Shown piece after piece: positions 35,090 through 45,107 of a DNA stretch of 64,000 nt; position 1 is the first letter of the stretch; each line of letters starts with the position of its first letter. The notes under the pieces were generated by a model, which made no database searches, was not told the DNA's origin, and worked only from the letters and a program-made list of their open reading frames with translations. Made by a program: the position numbers and the translations under genes. Source of the stretch: Candidatus Moraniibacteriota bacterium (GTDB lineage: Bacteria; Patescibacteriota; Minisyncoccia; Moranbacterales; UBA1568); the NCBI GenBank assembly GCA_049287005.1, contig JBAQEZ010000003.1, positions 465,084 to 529,083 of the forward strand, given 5' to 3'.

Positions 35090-36805
35090 ATGGTCGTATG
35101 GAAATACAGAATCGATGCGTTACCGGAGAACGCTACGGCCGGAAAATATCACCCGGTCGCAGAGGTGCTTTTGGCTGCGCGGGGGTACGCTGACGAACAG
35201 GCACGCGAGCGTTTTCTTTTTCCGAACTTTGATCGCGATATTCACGATCCTTTTTTGTTTTCGCAGATGGAGCGGGTCGTGATGCGTATCGGTGAAGCCA
35301 AAAAGAAGCATGAGAGGATCGGCATATTCGGAGATTTCGATGCCGATGGAGTGACGTCTTCCGTCATCATTCGCGAGGCGCTGACCGCATTGGAGATTCC
35401 TCTTTCTGTCTATCTTCCGGAAAAATCAAGCGAGGGACATGGTTTCAATATGCAAGCCTTGGATTTTTTTGAGCATGAGGGTGCGCGGCTGATCATGACT
35501 CTTGACTGCGGTATGGCGAATCATGCGGAGATCGCCGAGGCCAAGCGGCGTGGGATAGACGTCATAGTGATCGATCATCATCATGTGCCTCGGGTGCTGC
35601 CGGAAGCATTCGCCATCATCAATCCGAAATTGGAGAGCGAAACCTATCCTTTTCGCGAATTGTGCGGCGCGGGAACGAGCTTCAAGGTGGCGCAAGCTCT
35701 TTTCCATCGGTATGCGCCAGGACAAGGAGATCAACTGAAATGGATTTTGGATGTCGTGGCTATCGGCACGGTGGCGGACGTGATGCCGTTGACGGGTGAG
35801 AATCGGGTAATCGTGAAATACGGACTGATTGTCTTGTCGAAAACACGGCGTGTCGGACTGGAGGAGATGTTCTCCGTTGGCGGCATCAAGATCGATGAGA
35901 ATAACAAGCCAGACGCGCGGACAATCGGATTTCAGATCGCGCCGCGTATCAACGCTGCCTCACGGATGGCGCACGCGATGTTGGCGCACAATCTGCTGAT
36001 GGAGAAGGATCGTACTTATGCGCGGATACTGGCGTTGGAGCTGGATGCCTTCAATGTGGCGCGCCAGAAAGTGAGCGCTGCCACTACGGACGAAGTGCGA
36101 GTGATCGCTTTGGAAAAATATCAGGACAGGAAGTTTATTTTTGCGGCAGATGCGAATTTCCCGTTCGGTGTCATCGGTTTGGTGGCGGGTCGTATCGCCA
36201 ATGAATTTCATAAGCCGACGTGCGTTCTGACTCGCGGCGAGACAGAGAGTCGCGGATCGTTCCGAAGCATTCCGGAATTGAATATCATAGAAACCCTCGA
36301 ACAATGCGGCGATTTTTTGACGAAGTTCGGGGGGCACGCTCAGGCGGCCGGCATGACGATACCGAATGAAAACCTTGAGAAGTTTTATGAGAAATTCGAT
36401 AAGCTCGCATCCGCAAGTTTGGTGAATATTGTCACGGAGCCGGAATTCTGGATCGACGTGAAGCTTCGTCCGGAACATATCACGCCACAATTGTATCGGG
36501 ATATCATGCTGTTCGCGCCCTTCGGTGAGGGAAATCTCGAGCCGGTTTTTTCATTGGAAAATATGCGTATCGAGGAGGTTCGCCTGGTGGGCAACGGCAG
36601 CAAACACCTGAAACTGAAACTCGTGCCCGCGGATGGCGGCACGAAAATCTTCGATGCGATCGGTTTTTCCCTCGGGAGGACGTTTCCTGATTTGGAGCGT
36701 GGAGAACTGCTTGACATCGCGTTTCAATTGAGTGAGAATACTTGGAACGGTTCGACAACCATTCAACTGAAGCTTGTCGATATGAAGCGGAAAAACGTTC
36801 TTTGA
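35090..36805 (+). CDS. recJ: Single-stranded-DNA-specific exonuclease RecJ
   Basis: DHH motifs (GDFDADGVTS, DHHHV), a DHHA1 domain and a C-terminal OB-like region. The start was chosen at the internal ATG at 35090 because the ORF-track start at 34874 overlaps the receiver gene. Confidence 0.85.
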   Translation: MVVWKYRIDALPENATAGKYHPVAEVLLAARGYADEQARERFLFPNFDRDIHDPFLFSQMERVVMRIGEAKKKHERIGIFGDFDADGVTSSVIIREALTALEIPLSVYLPEKSSEGHGFNMQALDFFEHEGARLIMTLDCGMANHAEIAEAKRRGIDVIVIDHHHVPRVLPEAFAIINPKLESETYPFRELCGAGTSFKVAQALFHRYAPGQGDQLKWILDVVAIGTVADVMPLTGENRVIVKYGLIVLSKTRRVGLEEMFSVGGIKIDENNKPDARTIGFQIAPRINAASRMAHAMLAHNLLMEKDRTYARILALELDAFNVARQKVSAATTDEVRVIALEKYQDRKFIFAADANFPFGVIGLVAGRIANEFHKPTCVLTRGETESRGSFRSIPELNIIETLEQCGDFLTKFGGHAQAAGMTIPNENLEKFYEKFDKLASASLVNIVTEPEFWIDVKLRPEHITPQLYRDIMLFAPFGEGNLEPVFSLENMRIEEVRLVGNGSKHLKLKLVPADGGTKIFDAIGFSLGRTFPDLERGELLDIAFQLSENTWNGSTTIQLKLVDMKRKNVL

Positions 36806-36818
36806 AAGGAGCCGAACG

Positions 36819-37217
36819 ATGAAGCAAAATCCTCTCCCTGCCTATAAGGAAGGACAGTTTGTCTGCGTGCTTTTGCCTAGCGCAAAAGGTGACATTCCCG
36901 ATCGGTGGTATTTCGGAAGGATCGCCAAGATTCATCCCAAGAAGTCCGGGATAACCGAGGAAACGCTGGAAGTATATCAATATGGCGTCCCGGATACGTA
37001 TCCGGCGAGCGACAAGGCGCCGTTGTGGCAATCCTTGTATCCGTCAGTTCCGCTGACGCATGAAGTCATTATGCTGGCTCGGCTGGCGGCGAAGATAGTG
37101 CCTCAAGAATGCGACCGGTTCAGTCGTCCGGCAGTCGTCAGCCTCAAGGACGTGTGTCCGGCGCGCTTCGAGCCTTTTCGCGAGTGTTTGACGACGAGGT
37201 TTGCATCATGGCGGTAA
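36819..37217 (+). CDS. Hypothetical protein
   Basis: 132 aa with good coding periodicity and no motif recognised. Confidence 0.4.
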   Translation: MKQNPLPAYKEGQFVCVLLPSAKGDIPDRWYFGRIAKIHPKKSGITEETLEVYQYGVPDTYPASDKAPLWQSLYPSVPLTHEVIMLARLAAKIVPQECDRFSRPAVVSLKDVCPARFEPFRECLTTRFASWR

Positions 37218-37321
37218 CGGGCTGTCGGATATTCTTCCGATCGCCCGTTTTTTTCTAGATAAAAACCGGCCGATGTGGTATTCTGCAGGAGAAACTTGAT
37301 GATATTCTGACATTCTGAGAT

Positions 37322-37750
37322 ATGGAAAAGATAGTGATGTACAGCGATGGCGGATCGCGGGGTAATCCTGGTCCAGCGGCGCTGGGTATTTTTATAGAGA
37401 CGCTGGAGAAAAGATACGGGGAATTTCTCGGAACGAAAACGAATAACGAGGCCGAATATGCGGCTATTATTTTCGGTCTGAAGAAAATCAAGTCACTGAT
37501 CGGCAAGGCGAAAGCCAAGCAGACCGCAGTCGAATGTCGCATGGACAGCGAACTGGCCTGCAAGCAATTGAATCACGAATACAAGATTGAAAACGAGAAG
37601 CTACAGCCGTTGTTTCTAGAGATATGGAATATGACGCTGGACTTCGCTGGTGTGAAATTCGTCCATGTACGGCGGGAATATAATACCGTGGCTGATGCCT
37701 GTGCCAACGAGGCCATGGATGCGCATGCAAAGAAAAAAAGTTTGTTTTGA
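37322..37750 (+). CDS. rnhA: Ribonuclease HI
   Basis: YSDGGSRGNPGPAALG, NNEAEYAAIIFGL and a C-terminal DxxxN fit the RNase H1 catalytic DEDD layout. Confidence 0.85.
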   Translation: MEKIVMYSDGGSRGNPGPAALGIFIETLEKRYGEFLGTKTNNEAEYAAIIFGLKKIKSLIGKAKAKQTAVECRMDSELACKQLNHEYKIENEKLQPLFLEIWNMTLDFAGVKFVHVRREYNTVADACANEAMDAHAKKKSLF

Positions 37751-37793
37751 AGAGGCAGTCTCTCGATCGGAATAAATTATTGGGTACAAACAA

Positions 37794-38813
37794 ATGTTTA
37801 CGAAAAAAAGGGTGATTATCGGTATCGTGATAGCGGCGCTCGTCGCGGGCTTCTTCTATTACCGGAGCCAGAACGGCACCGTGGCGGTGCAGACGGAAAC
37901 GGTGCGGCAGGGCGATGTTTCGGAAACGGTGAGCGTCACGGGCGAACTCGTGCCACAGGCGTACGCGGATCTCGCTTTTCAGGGCGTGGGAGTAGTGGAT
38001 CAGGTACTGGTCAAGGAAGGGGAGAGAGTGACAGCGGGTGCAAAAATCGCCTCTCTCGATCGGGCGGTTCTCTGGTCGCAGCTGAAAGAGGCCCGTATCG
38101 CGCTGGCGATCGTCGAGCAGAGCGACAAGCAGGCCCATCTGCGCCGCAATAGCTCGGGAAAAAGCTGGGATGATCTCAAGCCTGAAGAACGCGCCGCGAT
38201 AAAATTGAAGACGGAACAAGCCAGAGAAAGCGTGCGGACCCTGGAAGCCGAGATGCGAGAAAGTGTCATTTATGCCCCGCTTGATGGGCAGGTGACGAAA
38301 TTGGATCTGCGTGTCGGTGAGACGGTAACGCTGGGGAAAATCATCGGACGTGTAGCGACATCCGGAGATTTTGTCATCGAGGCGCGGGTGCCGGAATCAG
38401 ACATCGTAAAAGTCACGCCGGAGATGCGATCCAAGATCACTTTCGATGCTTTTTCGGCTGATGAAATTTTTGATGCGGCAGTGGTGGAAATCGACAAGGC
38501 TTCGACCGTCATACAAGATGTCGTTTCGTATGTGGTCAAATTCCGTTTGGACAATACGGATCCTCGGCTGAAAGAAGGGATGACAGCCAATATCGATATC
38601 GAGACGGCCAAGCGGGAAAATGTTTTGACGATACCGTTCCGGGCGTTGACGAAAGAGAGTGGCAAAACGTTTGCCGCAGTGAAACAATCTGATGGTACCT
38701 TCGTGAAGACGGAAGTGACGACCGGCTTGGAAGGCGATGACGGAACGATAGAAATCAGGTCCGGCTTGCAAGCAGGCAACGAAGTGACTATCGGCGCGAC
38801 CCAAACGAAGTAA
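37794..38813 (+). CDS. Periplasmic-adaptor (HlyD/MFP family) subunit of an ABC efflux system
   Basis: N-terminal TM anchor, a coiled-coil hairpin region, and biotinyl-lipoyl-like and beta-barrel domains, laid out as in MacA. Confidence 0.75.
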   Translation: MFTKKRVIIGIVIAALVAGFFYYRSQNGTVAVQTETVRQGDVSETVSVTGELVPQAYADLAFQGVGVVDQVLVKEGERVTAGAKIASLDRAVLWSQLKEARIALAIVEQSDKQAHLRRNSSGKSWDDLKPEERAAIKLKTEQARESVRTLEAEMRESVIYAPLDGQVTKLDLRVGETVTLGKIIGRVATSGDFVIEARVPESDIVKVTPEMRSKITFDAFSADEIFDAAVVEIDKASTVIQDVVSYVVKFRLDNTDPRLKEGMTANIDIETAKRENVLTIPFRALTKESGKTFAAVKQSDGTFVKTEVTTGLEGDDGTIEIRSGLQAGNEVTIGATQTK

Positions 38814-38823
38814 ACATACGCTT

Positions 38824-39546
38824 ATGAGCCTGATCGCTGTCCAGGGTTTGGAAAAAATATATGAAAACGAGGGTGTCAAAACCAAGGCTCTCAGCGATGC
38901 TACCTTTGACATAGAAAAAGGGGAATTCATCTCCATTATGGGACCATCGGGATCGGGAAAATCGACTCTCATGCAGATTCTGGGGTTGCTCGATCGTCCC
39001 ACGGGGGGAACTCTGCTGCTTGACGGTCGGGACGTGGCGCAATTTTCCGATGATGAATTGGCTGGCCTGCGGAACAAGAAAATCGGTTTCGTATTCCAGG
39101 CATTCAACCTGCTGCCGAAGACCAGCGTTTTCGAAAACGTGGAGCTGCCGCTCTTGTACGACAGCTATCCGATCGAAAGCAATGAAAAAAAAGTATTGAG
39201 CGCGCTTGAGGCAGTCGATATGCTCCATCGCAAGAATTATCTGTCGAGCCAGCTTTCCGGCGGCGAGAAGCAGCGCGTGGCGATCGCCCGCGCCTTGGTC
39301 AATGGCCCGGAAATCATTTTTGCCGATGAGCCGACGGGAAACTTGGATTCCAAGTCTGGCTTGCAAGTGATGGCGATTCTGCAAAAACTCAATCACGCCG
39401 GACATACGATCGTGCTGGTGACGCATGAAACGTACACGGCGGAACATGCCAAGCGCATCCTGCTGATGAAGGACGGACAGATTGTCGGTGATCAGCCCGT
39501 CACTCAGCGGCGCTTCGCCGACGGTGAAAATACGTTCTTGAAATAA
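38824..39546 (+). CDS. ABC transporter ATP-binding protein (MacB/LolD/FtsE-like)
   Basis: Walker [10 protein letters not shown], signature [15 protein letters not shown], Walker [13 protein letters not shown]. Confidence 0.85.
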   Translation: MSLIAVQGLEKIYENEGVKTKALSDATFDIEKGEFISIMGPSGSGKSTLMQILGLLDRPTGGTLLLDGRDVAQFSDDELAGLRNKKIGFVFQAFNLLPKTSVFENVELPLLYDSYPIESNEKKVLSALEAVDMLHRKNYLSSQLSGGEKQRVAIARALVNGPEIIFADEPTGNLDSKSGLQVMAILQKLNHAGHTIVLVTHETYTAEHAKRILLMKDGQIVGDQPVTQRRFADGENTFLK

Positions 39547-39604
39547 TCCATCGCCAACACTCATTGGATGTTTCGGTCTTGATCCGCCGGTTGGCGGAGG
39601 GTAA

Positions 39605-40867
39605 TTGGTCATTCTTTCGCCTGCCATGAAATTGTCAGATCCTCTCAAAATTTCTTATCGGACGCTGACGGCCTCGAAACTCCGCTTTTTTTTGACAGTC
39701 CTCGGCGTCGTGATCGGCGTAGCAGCGGTCATTATGGTCATGGCGATTGGTGCTAGCGCGCAGCAACTCGTGCTGGCACAGGTAGAAAGCGTCGGTTCGA
39801 ATCTGATCGGCGTTCTGCCGGGAGCATCCGAGGAGAAGGGACCACCGGCCGCTGCGTTGGGCATCGTCACCACGACCTTTACCAATGATGATCTGAAAGC
39901 GCTCCGCGAACGGCGTAATGTACCGCATCTGACGGCCATCTCCGGCTATGTGACTGGTTCGGGAACCGTGGAATTCCAGTCGACCTCCCTGGAGGCGGGT
40001 TTCCAAGGCGTCTCGTCGGAATTGGTCGTCATCGAAAACATCGGGGTGGCTACCGGGCGTTTCTTTTTTCCGGAAGAAGAAAATGATCTTTCGCGAGTGA
40101 TCGTGCTCGGAGCGGCGCGCGCCCAAGAGCTTTTCCCCGATCGTGACCCGGTCGGACAGATCGTGACGCTCAAGAAGATTCCTTTCAGAGTCATCGGGGT
40201 TTTGGAAGAACGCGGCTCGAGCGCTTTTTCCAATCCGGATACGATGATGTATGTCCCGTTGGCCACGGTGCAGAAACTGCTGCTGGGAATCAACTATCTC
40301 AATTTCGCCCGTGCCAAGGTAGATGATCCTGCCAACATCGAGCGGAGCATTGCCGATGTGAACATCCTCTTGCGCAAACGTCACGACATCAAGGAAGGCG
40401 AAGAAGCGGACTTTTCTGTGCGCAGTACTGCCGCTGCGCTTGAAATACTGACCACTATCACTGATGTGCTGAAATATTTTCTCATGGCGATCGCTTCCAT
40501 TTCGCTCTTGGTGGGCGGCATCGGTATCATGAACTCGATGCTCATCTCGGTGTCGCAGCGCATCCGGGAAATCGGTCTGCGTAAAGCGGTCGGCGCGCGG
40601 AAGATCCATATCCTTTCTCAGTTTCTTTTGGAAGCTTCGTTCATCACGATCGTCGGCGGTATTCTCGGTATCGTCTTCGGGGTGGCCGTTACCTTTCTCG
40701 CTTCACTCATCATCGTCAGGCTCGGTTACGAATGGCAATTCCTCATCCCTCTGTCATCCGTCGCGATCGGCTTTTCGGTTTCTTTCATTATCGGCATCAT
40801 CTTCGGTCTCTACCCGGCTATCAAGGCCGCTCGCATAAGCCCTATGGAAGCGCTCAGATATGAATAA
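39605..40867 (+). CDS. ABC transporter permease, FtsX/MacB type (four TM helices plus a large extracytoplasmic domain)
   Basis: N-terminal TM followed by a MacB_PCD-like domain. The C-terminal FtsX motif is GGIGIMNSMLISVSQRIREIGLRKAVGA. Confidence 0.8.
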   Translation: MVILSPAMKLSDPLKISYRTLTASKLRFFLTVLGVVIGVAAVIMVMAIGASAQQLVLAQVESVGSNLIGVLPGASEEKGPPAAALGIVTTTFTNDDLKALRERRNVPHLTAISGYVTGSGTVEFQSTSLEAGFQGVSSELVVIENIGVATGRFFFPEEENDLSRVIVLGAARAQELFPDRDPVGQIVTLKKIPFRVIGVLEERGSSAFSNPDTMMYVPLATVQKLLLGINYLNFARAKVDDPANIERSIADVNILLRKRHDIKEGEEADFSVRSTAAALEILTTITDVLKYFLMAIASISLLVGGIGIMNSMLISVSQRIREIGLRKAVGARKIHILSQFLLEASFITIVGGILGIVFGVAVTFLASLIIVRLGYEWQFLIPLSSVAIGFSVSFIIGIIFGLYPAIKAARISPMEALRYE

Positions 40868-42128
40868 GCTGGAATTCAAAAAAATAGCCACAGCCTTTTT
40901 CTTCGCTGTCAAAACGATCCGCACCCATAAGGCCCGGACATTTTTGGCGCTGTTGGGAGTTGTGATCGGCGTGTTCGCGGTGGTAGTGGTGACCACGCTC
41001 GGCGATGGAGTCAAGGGATTCGTCTTGGCACAGGTAGAGAGTTTCGGTACGGATCTGATCCAGATAGAGGTGAAGATCCCGAGTACCGGCACGATGTCGA
41101 CCGAAAACGCTGCCGGACGAACCCAAGGCACGCAGATCACCACCCTCACGGTCAAAGACGGAGAGGCCATGCGCAAAGTGCCCAATGTGAAAGCGGTCTA
41201 TGCCGGATCGATCGGCCAAGAGAAGGCGACCTATGGGTCTATCGCGAAAAGAATCTTTCTCTTCGGTACGGGAGCAGACGTGGTGCTGGTTGATCGCAAC
41301 GCGAAGCTTGCGAGCGGGCGTTTTTTTACCGCGGAAGAAGATACTAATCTGGCGCGGGTCGTCGTCCTCGGAGCGGAAACCAAGAAGACTTTTTTCGGCG
41401 AGAGCGACGCGGTGGGAGAATTTATCACGCTGAAGGGAGAAAAGTATCGGGTGATCGGAGTACTGGCGCCGCGCGGAGCCGCCGCCTTTCTCAATTTCGA
41501 TACCTTTACCTATGTACCGATTCAGACGCTGCAAAAAAAGGTTTTGGGCGTCGATTATGTCCAATTCGTATCGGCCCAGATGGTGAATCCTGCTTTGGAA
41601 GCGGAAACCGTGGCGGATATCGTCGCTTTGATGCGCAAGCGCCACGATATCACGAGTCCGGACAAAGATGATTTTTCCGTGATGTCGACCAAGGAAGCGC
41701 AGAAGACGCTCGATACCGTCTTGGGGTCGATGACGATTCTGCTTTTGGCGCTGACTTCCATCTCGCTCGTGGTCGGCGGAGTAGGCATCATGAACGTGAT
41801 GTATGTCTCGGTATCGGAACGGACGAGCGAGATCGGCCTGCGCAAAGCAGTAGGCGCGACATCGGCCAGCATCTTGCGGCAATTTCTCTTCGAAGCGCTG
41901 ATCATCACTCTCATCGGCGGTTTGATCGGTATCGGCTTGGGAGTGCTGCTCTCCGTGGGGCTGAGCTTCCTTTTCACGTATTTGGGCTTCAACCTCATCC
42001 TCCATTTTTCTTTCGCGTCCTTTCTGCTGGGAGCCGGATTCTCGATGGCAGTAGGATTGATCTTTGGGATTGCTCCTGCCTATCGCGCATCGAAACTTTC
42101 CCCGATGGAGGCTTTGCGGAAGGAATGA
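40860..42128 (+). CDS. Second FtsX/MacB-type ABC permease
   Basis: Paralogous to the upstream permease (GGVGIMNVMYVSVSERTSEIGLRKAVGA). It overlaps the preceding gene by 8 nt. Confidence 0.8.
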   Translation: MNKLEFKKIATAFFFAVKTIRTHKARTFLALLGVVIGVFAVVVVTTLGDGVKGFVLAQVESFGTDLIQIEVKIPSTGTMSTENAAGRTQGTQITTLTVKDGEAMRKVPNVKAVYAGSIGQEKATYGSIAKRIFLFGTGADVVLVDRNAKLASGRFFTAEEDTNLARVVVLGAETKKTFFGESDAVGEFITLKGEKYRVIGVLAPRGAAAFLNFDTFTYVPIQTLQKKVLGVDYVQFVSAQMVNPALEAETVADIVALMRKRHDITSPDKDDFSVMSTKEAQKTLDTVLGSMTILLLALTSISLVVGGVGIMNVMYVSVSERTSEIGLRKAVGATSASILRQFLFEALIITLIGGLIGIGLGVLLSVGLSFLFTYLGFNLILHFSFASFLLGAGFSMAVGLIFGIAPAYRASKLSPMEALRKE

Positions 42129-42170
42129 TGTTTCTCCCTATATTTGGACGTTTCGCGTCCAAATACGATA

Positions 42171-44300
42171 TTACTGTGGTTGGCTGTTGAGTGTATAGGT
42201 CGAGCGGAGTGCGTCAAAGGGAATCGCCTCGTCGTGAGGAGCGCTTTCGAGAGAAATACCTTCTGGAAAGGAAAGATTGACCACTCGTTTTTCCACGCGA
42301 CTCGCCTTCATTTTTTTTGCTTTTTCTGGGGAAATTTGGCGGCCGGTTTTTTTGTCGAAATAAATGATATTTGTATCGGAAAGCAAGGTGTCGGTTTGAG
42401 GTGGTGAGCTCACTTTCGTATAAGCGGCAAACCCCGTCTTCGGAAAACGCGTGAGAGCAGTATTCATGAACTCGCGCCAGATAGGAGCGGCAACGAAAAT
42501 ACCGTCCGCGCCATCTCGCATAGGCCGGTTGTCGTTATTGCCAGCCCATACCGCCGCAGCAATGGAAGGCGTGTAACCGACCGTCCAAGCATCGCGGAAA
42601 TTTTGCGTCGTGCCTGTCTTGGCGGCCACAGTGGTGCCGATGGGAAAGGCGAGCGGGCTTTGCGCCCCGAAGATCGGCGTGCGAGCGATATTGTCGGACA
42701 GAATGGAGTTTATTTTTTCCGCGATGTCGGCCTCCAAAACACGGACACCCTCCGGATTATCTTCCACGCGCGTATACGTTTCGCCATGGCGGTCGACGAT
42801 CTTCATCACTGATTTGATTTCGTGACGGATGCCGTCTTGGCCGAAGACGGAGAAAGCGCTCACCATATCGATCGGCTTGACTTCGGCGCCACCCAAGACC
42901 AGCGACAGCCCGTAGCGTTTGGGGTCTGTGAGGGTCGTGATGCCGAGACGGGTGGCGAGATTGATAGTATCGGCGATGCCAGCCAGAGCGAGTGTTTGTA
43001 CGGCTGGAACATTGAGTGACATGGCAAGCGCTTGGCGCATCGTCAGCAGCCCGTGGAAACGACCATCATAATTTCTTGGGATATAAGGCCGACCGGAACC
43101 ATCGGGACCGAAATTGATCGGACGATCGAAGATGGGTGACTCTGGTTGGAAACCTTTTTCGAACGCCGTGGCATACGCGAAGGGCTTGAAGGCGGAACCA
43201 GGCTGACGCTCGCTGGTGGTCGTGTTGACGTTGCCGTCGATACTCGTGTCAAAGTAATCTTTGGATCCTACCATAGCGAACACTTCGCCGGTCTTCGGAT
43301 CTATCGCTACGAGTCCGGCATTGCTGGCGCCGCGAGCGAGATTCTTTTTCGCTCCGTTTTGGATAGCGATCTCGGCAGCTTTTTCAAGATCGAGGTCGAG
43401 CGTGGTGTATATCTGGAACCCTTCTGTCTGCAGTTTTTCCACCGGGTATGTTTTTTTGAGTTGATCAATGACATAGAAAACGAAATGTGGCGCCACGATA
43501 GACCGTTTGAGCGGAACGATCTTGGCGATAATATCGATGGAGAGCGCGCTTTCCAATTGCTGCTTGGTAATGAGATTGAGATCCTGCATCCGAAAGAGGA
43601 CGTTCCTCTGGCGTGCGAGCAATTCTTTGGAGCGATCTCCGTATGGGGAGAAATACGTCGGTGCATTCGGGAGTGCCGCCAGGAAAGCGCTTTCTTCAAG
43701 CGTGAGGTTGCGTGCATGCTTATCGAAAAAGGTCTGCGCGGCTGTTTCGATGCCATAGGCATTCGAGCCATAGGGGACGGTGTTGAGATACAAATCAAGA
43801 ATATCGTTCTTGCTGAAATGGCGGTCAATTTTGACGGCCAGAAACATTTCGCGGATTTTTCGCCGCACAGTACGTTCTCGGGTGAGGTATAGGCTTCGTG
43901 CCAATTGTTGAGTGATAGTTGATCCGCCTTGTTTTATTTCCCCGGTCCTGATGTCGACAATCAGTGCACGGAGAATGGCAAAAAAATCGATGCCTTGATG
44001 AGTATAGAAATTCGCGTCCTCTGATGCGATGGTAGCGAGACGAATGCTGTCGGGTATCTTGTCATGCGGTATGACGATCCGATTTTCTTCATCATAGAGG
44101 CGGTAGAGTTCATGCTCTCCTGTCCGGTCATAAAAAAGGGTGGTCTGCTTCAAGGGGAAATGGGCAATGTCCGCAATACTCGGTGTGCCGAAAAAGTAAA
44201 TAGCCAAAATGCCAAAACCGATACCCAGTATGACCAGGCTAAAAACCCACATAATTTCCCATCTGAGAGAGAGTTTCATCCGTTCTTCGGTGTTGCGCAA
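42171..44300 (-). CDS. Bifunctional class A penicillin-binding protein (transglycosylase/transpeptidase)
   Basis: GT51 motifs (EDANFYTHQGID, GGSTITQQLAR), transpeptidase motifs SAFK, SLN and KTGTT, and an N-terminal TM anchor. Confidence 0.9.
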   Translation of the reverse strand: MRNTEERMKLSLRWEIMWVFSLVILGIGFGILAIYFFGTPSIADIAHFPLKQTTLFYDRTGEHELYRLYDEENRIVIPHDKIPDSIRLATIASEDANFYTHQGIDFFAILRALIVDIRTGEIKQGGSTITQQLARSLYLTRERTVRRKIREMFLAVKIDRHFSKNDILDLYLNTVPYGSNAYGIETAAQTFFDKHARNLTLEESAFLAALPNAPTYFSPYGDRSKELLARQRNVLFRMQDLNLITKQQLESALSIDIIAKIVPLKRSIVAPHFVFYVIDQLKKTYPVEKLQTEGFQIYTTLDLDLEKAAEIAIQNGAKKNLARGASNAGLVAIDPKTGEVFAMVGSKDYFDTSIDGNVNTTTSERQPGSAFKPFAYATAFEKGFQPESPIFDRPINFGPDGSGRPYIPRNYDGRFHGLLTMRQALAMSLNVPAVQTLALAGIADTINLATRLGITTLTDPKRYGLSLVLGGAEVKPIDMVSAFSVFGQDGIRHEIKSVMKIVDRHGETYTRVEDNPEGVRVLEADIAEKINSILSDNIARTPIFGAQSPLAFPIGTTVAAKTGTTQNFRDAWTVGYTPSIAAAVWAGNNDNRPMRDGADGIFVAAPIWREFMNTALTRFPKTGFAAYTKVSSPPQTDTLLSDTNIIYFDKKTGRQISPEKAKKMKASRVEKRVVNLSFPEGISLESAPHDEAIPFDALRSTYTLNSQPQ

Positions 44301-44386
44301 TGGCGAGTTATGACGGCATCGTATTCAAGAGGAATGAGACTCTTTTGTCAACTGTCATTTATTATTGTACTCTAGAAGAGTAGTCT

Positions 44387-44920
44387 TTGTCTTCTATTCA
44401 AAAATGTATGCGCGTACCTGTTTTCAAGCCGTTGTATTTTTTGCTTAAATGGTGCGGATTTTCTGTCATTTGGGAAACTTCTATCGGTGCGATTATTTTT
44501 TGTGAGAAAGAGGGCAAACGAGAGTATCTCCTGCTGCATTATCCGAGCGGGCATTTTGATTTCGTGAAAGGCCACGTTGAAGCGGACGAAACGGAAGAAA
44601 TGACGCTCCGACGCGAAACAGAGGAAGAAACAGGCATAGCGAACGTGGTGACGTTTCCTTATCGTCTGAGCACGCGGTTTTTTTATGTCGCCAAGGGGAA
44701 CGAGCGGGCAAAACGTCTGAGAAGCAAGCGGGGGATCTGGATTTTCAAACGCGTGCATTTTTATCCGGCTCAGACAGACGCTCAAGCCATCAAAATTTCT
44801 CATGAACACACCGGCTTTCTTTGGCTGCCGTATAAAGAGGCTGTCGCCAAAGTGACGTTTGAAAACGCCAAGCGGATACTCTCCAAAACGGAAGCATACC
44901 TGGCGCGGCTCCAGGCATAA
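44387..44920 (+). CDS. NUDIX hydrolase
   Basis: Nudix box GHVEADETEEMTLRRETEEETGI (G-x5-E-x7-REUxEExGU). Confidence 0.75.
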   Translation: MSSIQKCMRVPVFKPLYFLLKWCGFSVIWETSIGAIIFCEKEGKREYLLLHYPSGHFDFVKGHVEADETEEMTLRRETEEETGIANVVTFPYRLSTRFFYVAKGNERAKRLRSKRGIWIFKRVHFYPAQTDAQAIKISHEHTGFLWLPYKEAVAKVTFENAKRILSKTEAYLARLQA

Positions 44921-44921
44921 C

Positions 44922-44948
44922 CGGGCTTTACAAAGCCCGTCTTTTGTT
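44922..44948 (+). terminator. Rho-independent terminator after the NUDIX gene
   Basis: Stem cgggcttt/aaagcccg with a 2-nt loop at 44922..44939, followed by TCTTTTGTT. Confidence 0.55.
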
Positions 44949-45062
44949 GTATTATTATTCTTCGTTTGAGAAACTCTGATAAAATTATTATTAGAAAAGA
45001 TCTCAAAAGTTTTTAGATGAACCGTACCAAAGCAGTTTTGCTAATGGTTCCCTAAAAAACTT

Positions 45063-45090
45063 TTGAAATCTTTTCAATCCTGAATATTAT
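45063..45090 (+). promoter_or_regulatory. Candidate sigma70-type promoter for the second ABC-F gene
   Basis: TTGAAA at 45063..45068, a 16-nt spacer, then TATTAT at 45085..45090. Confidence 0.4.
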
Positions 45091-45107
45091 ACGCTAGACG
45101 CTAAAAG

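Noticed and set aside
38788-42005. Three long minus-strand ORFs (286, 324 and 383 aa)
   Set aside because: They are antisense to the ABC ATPase and both FtsX permeases. They are His/Arg/Asp-rich with no motifs.
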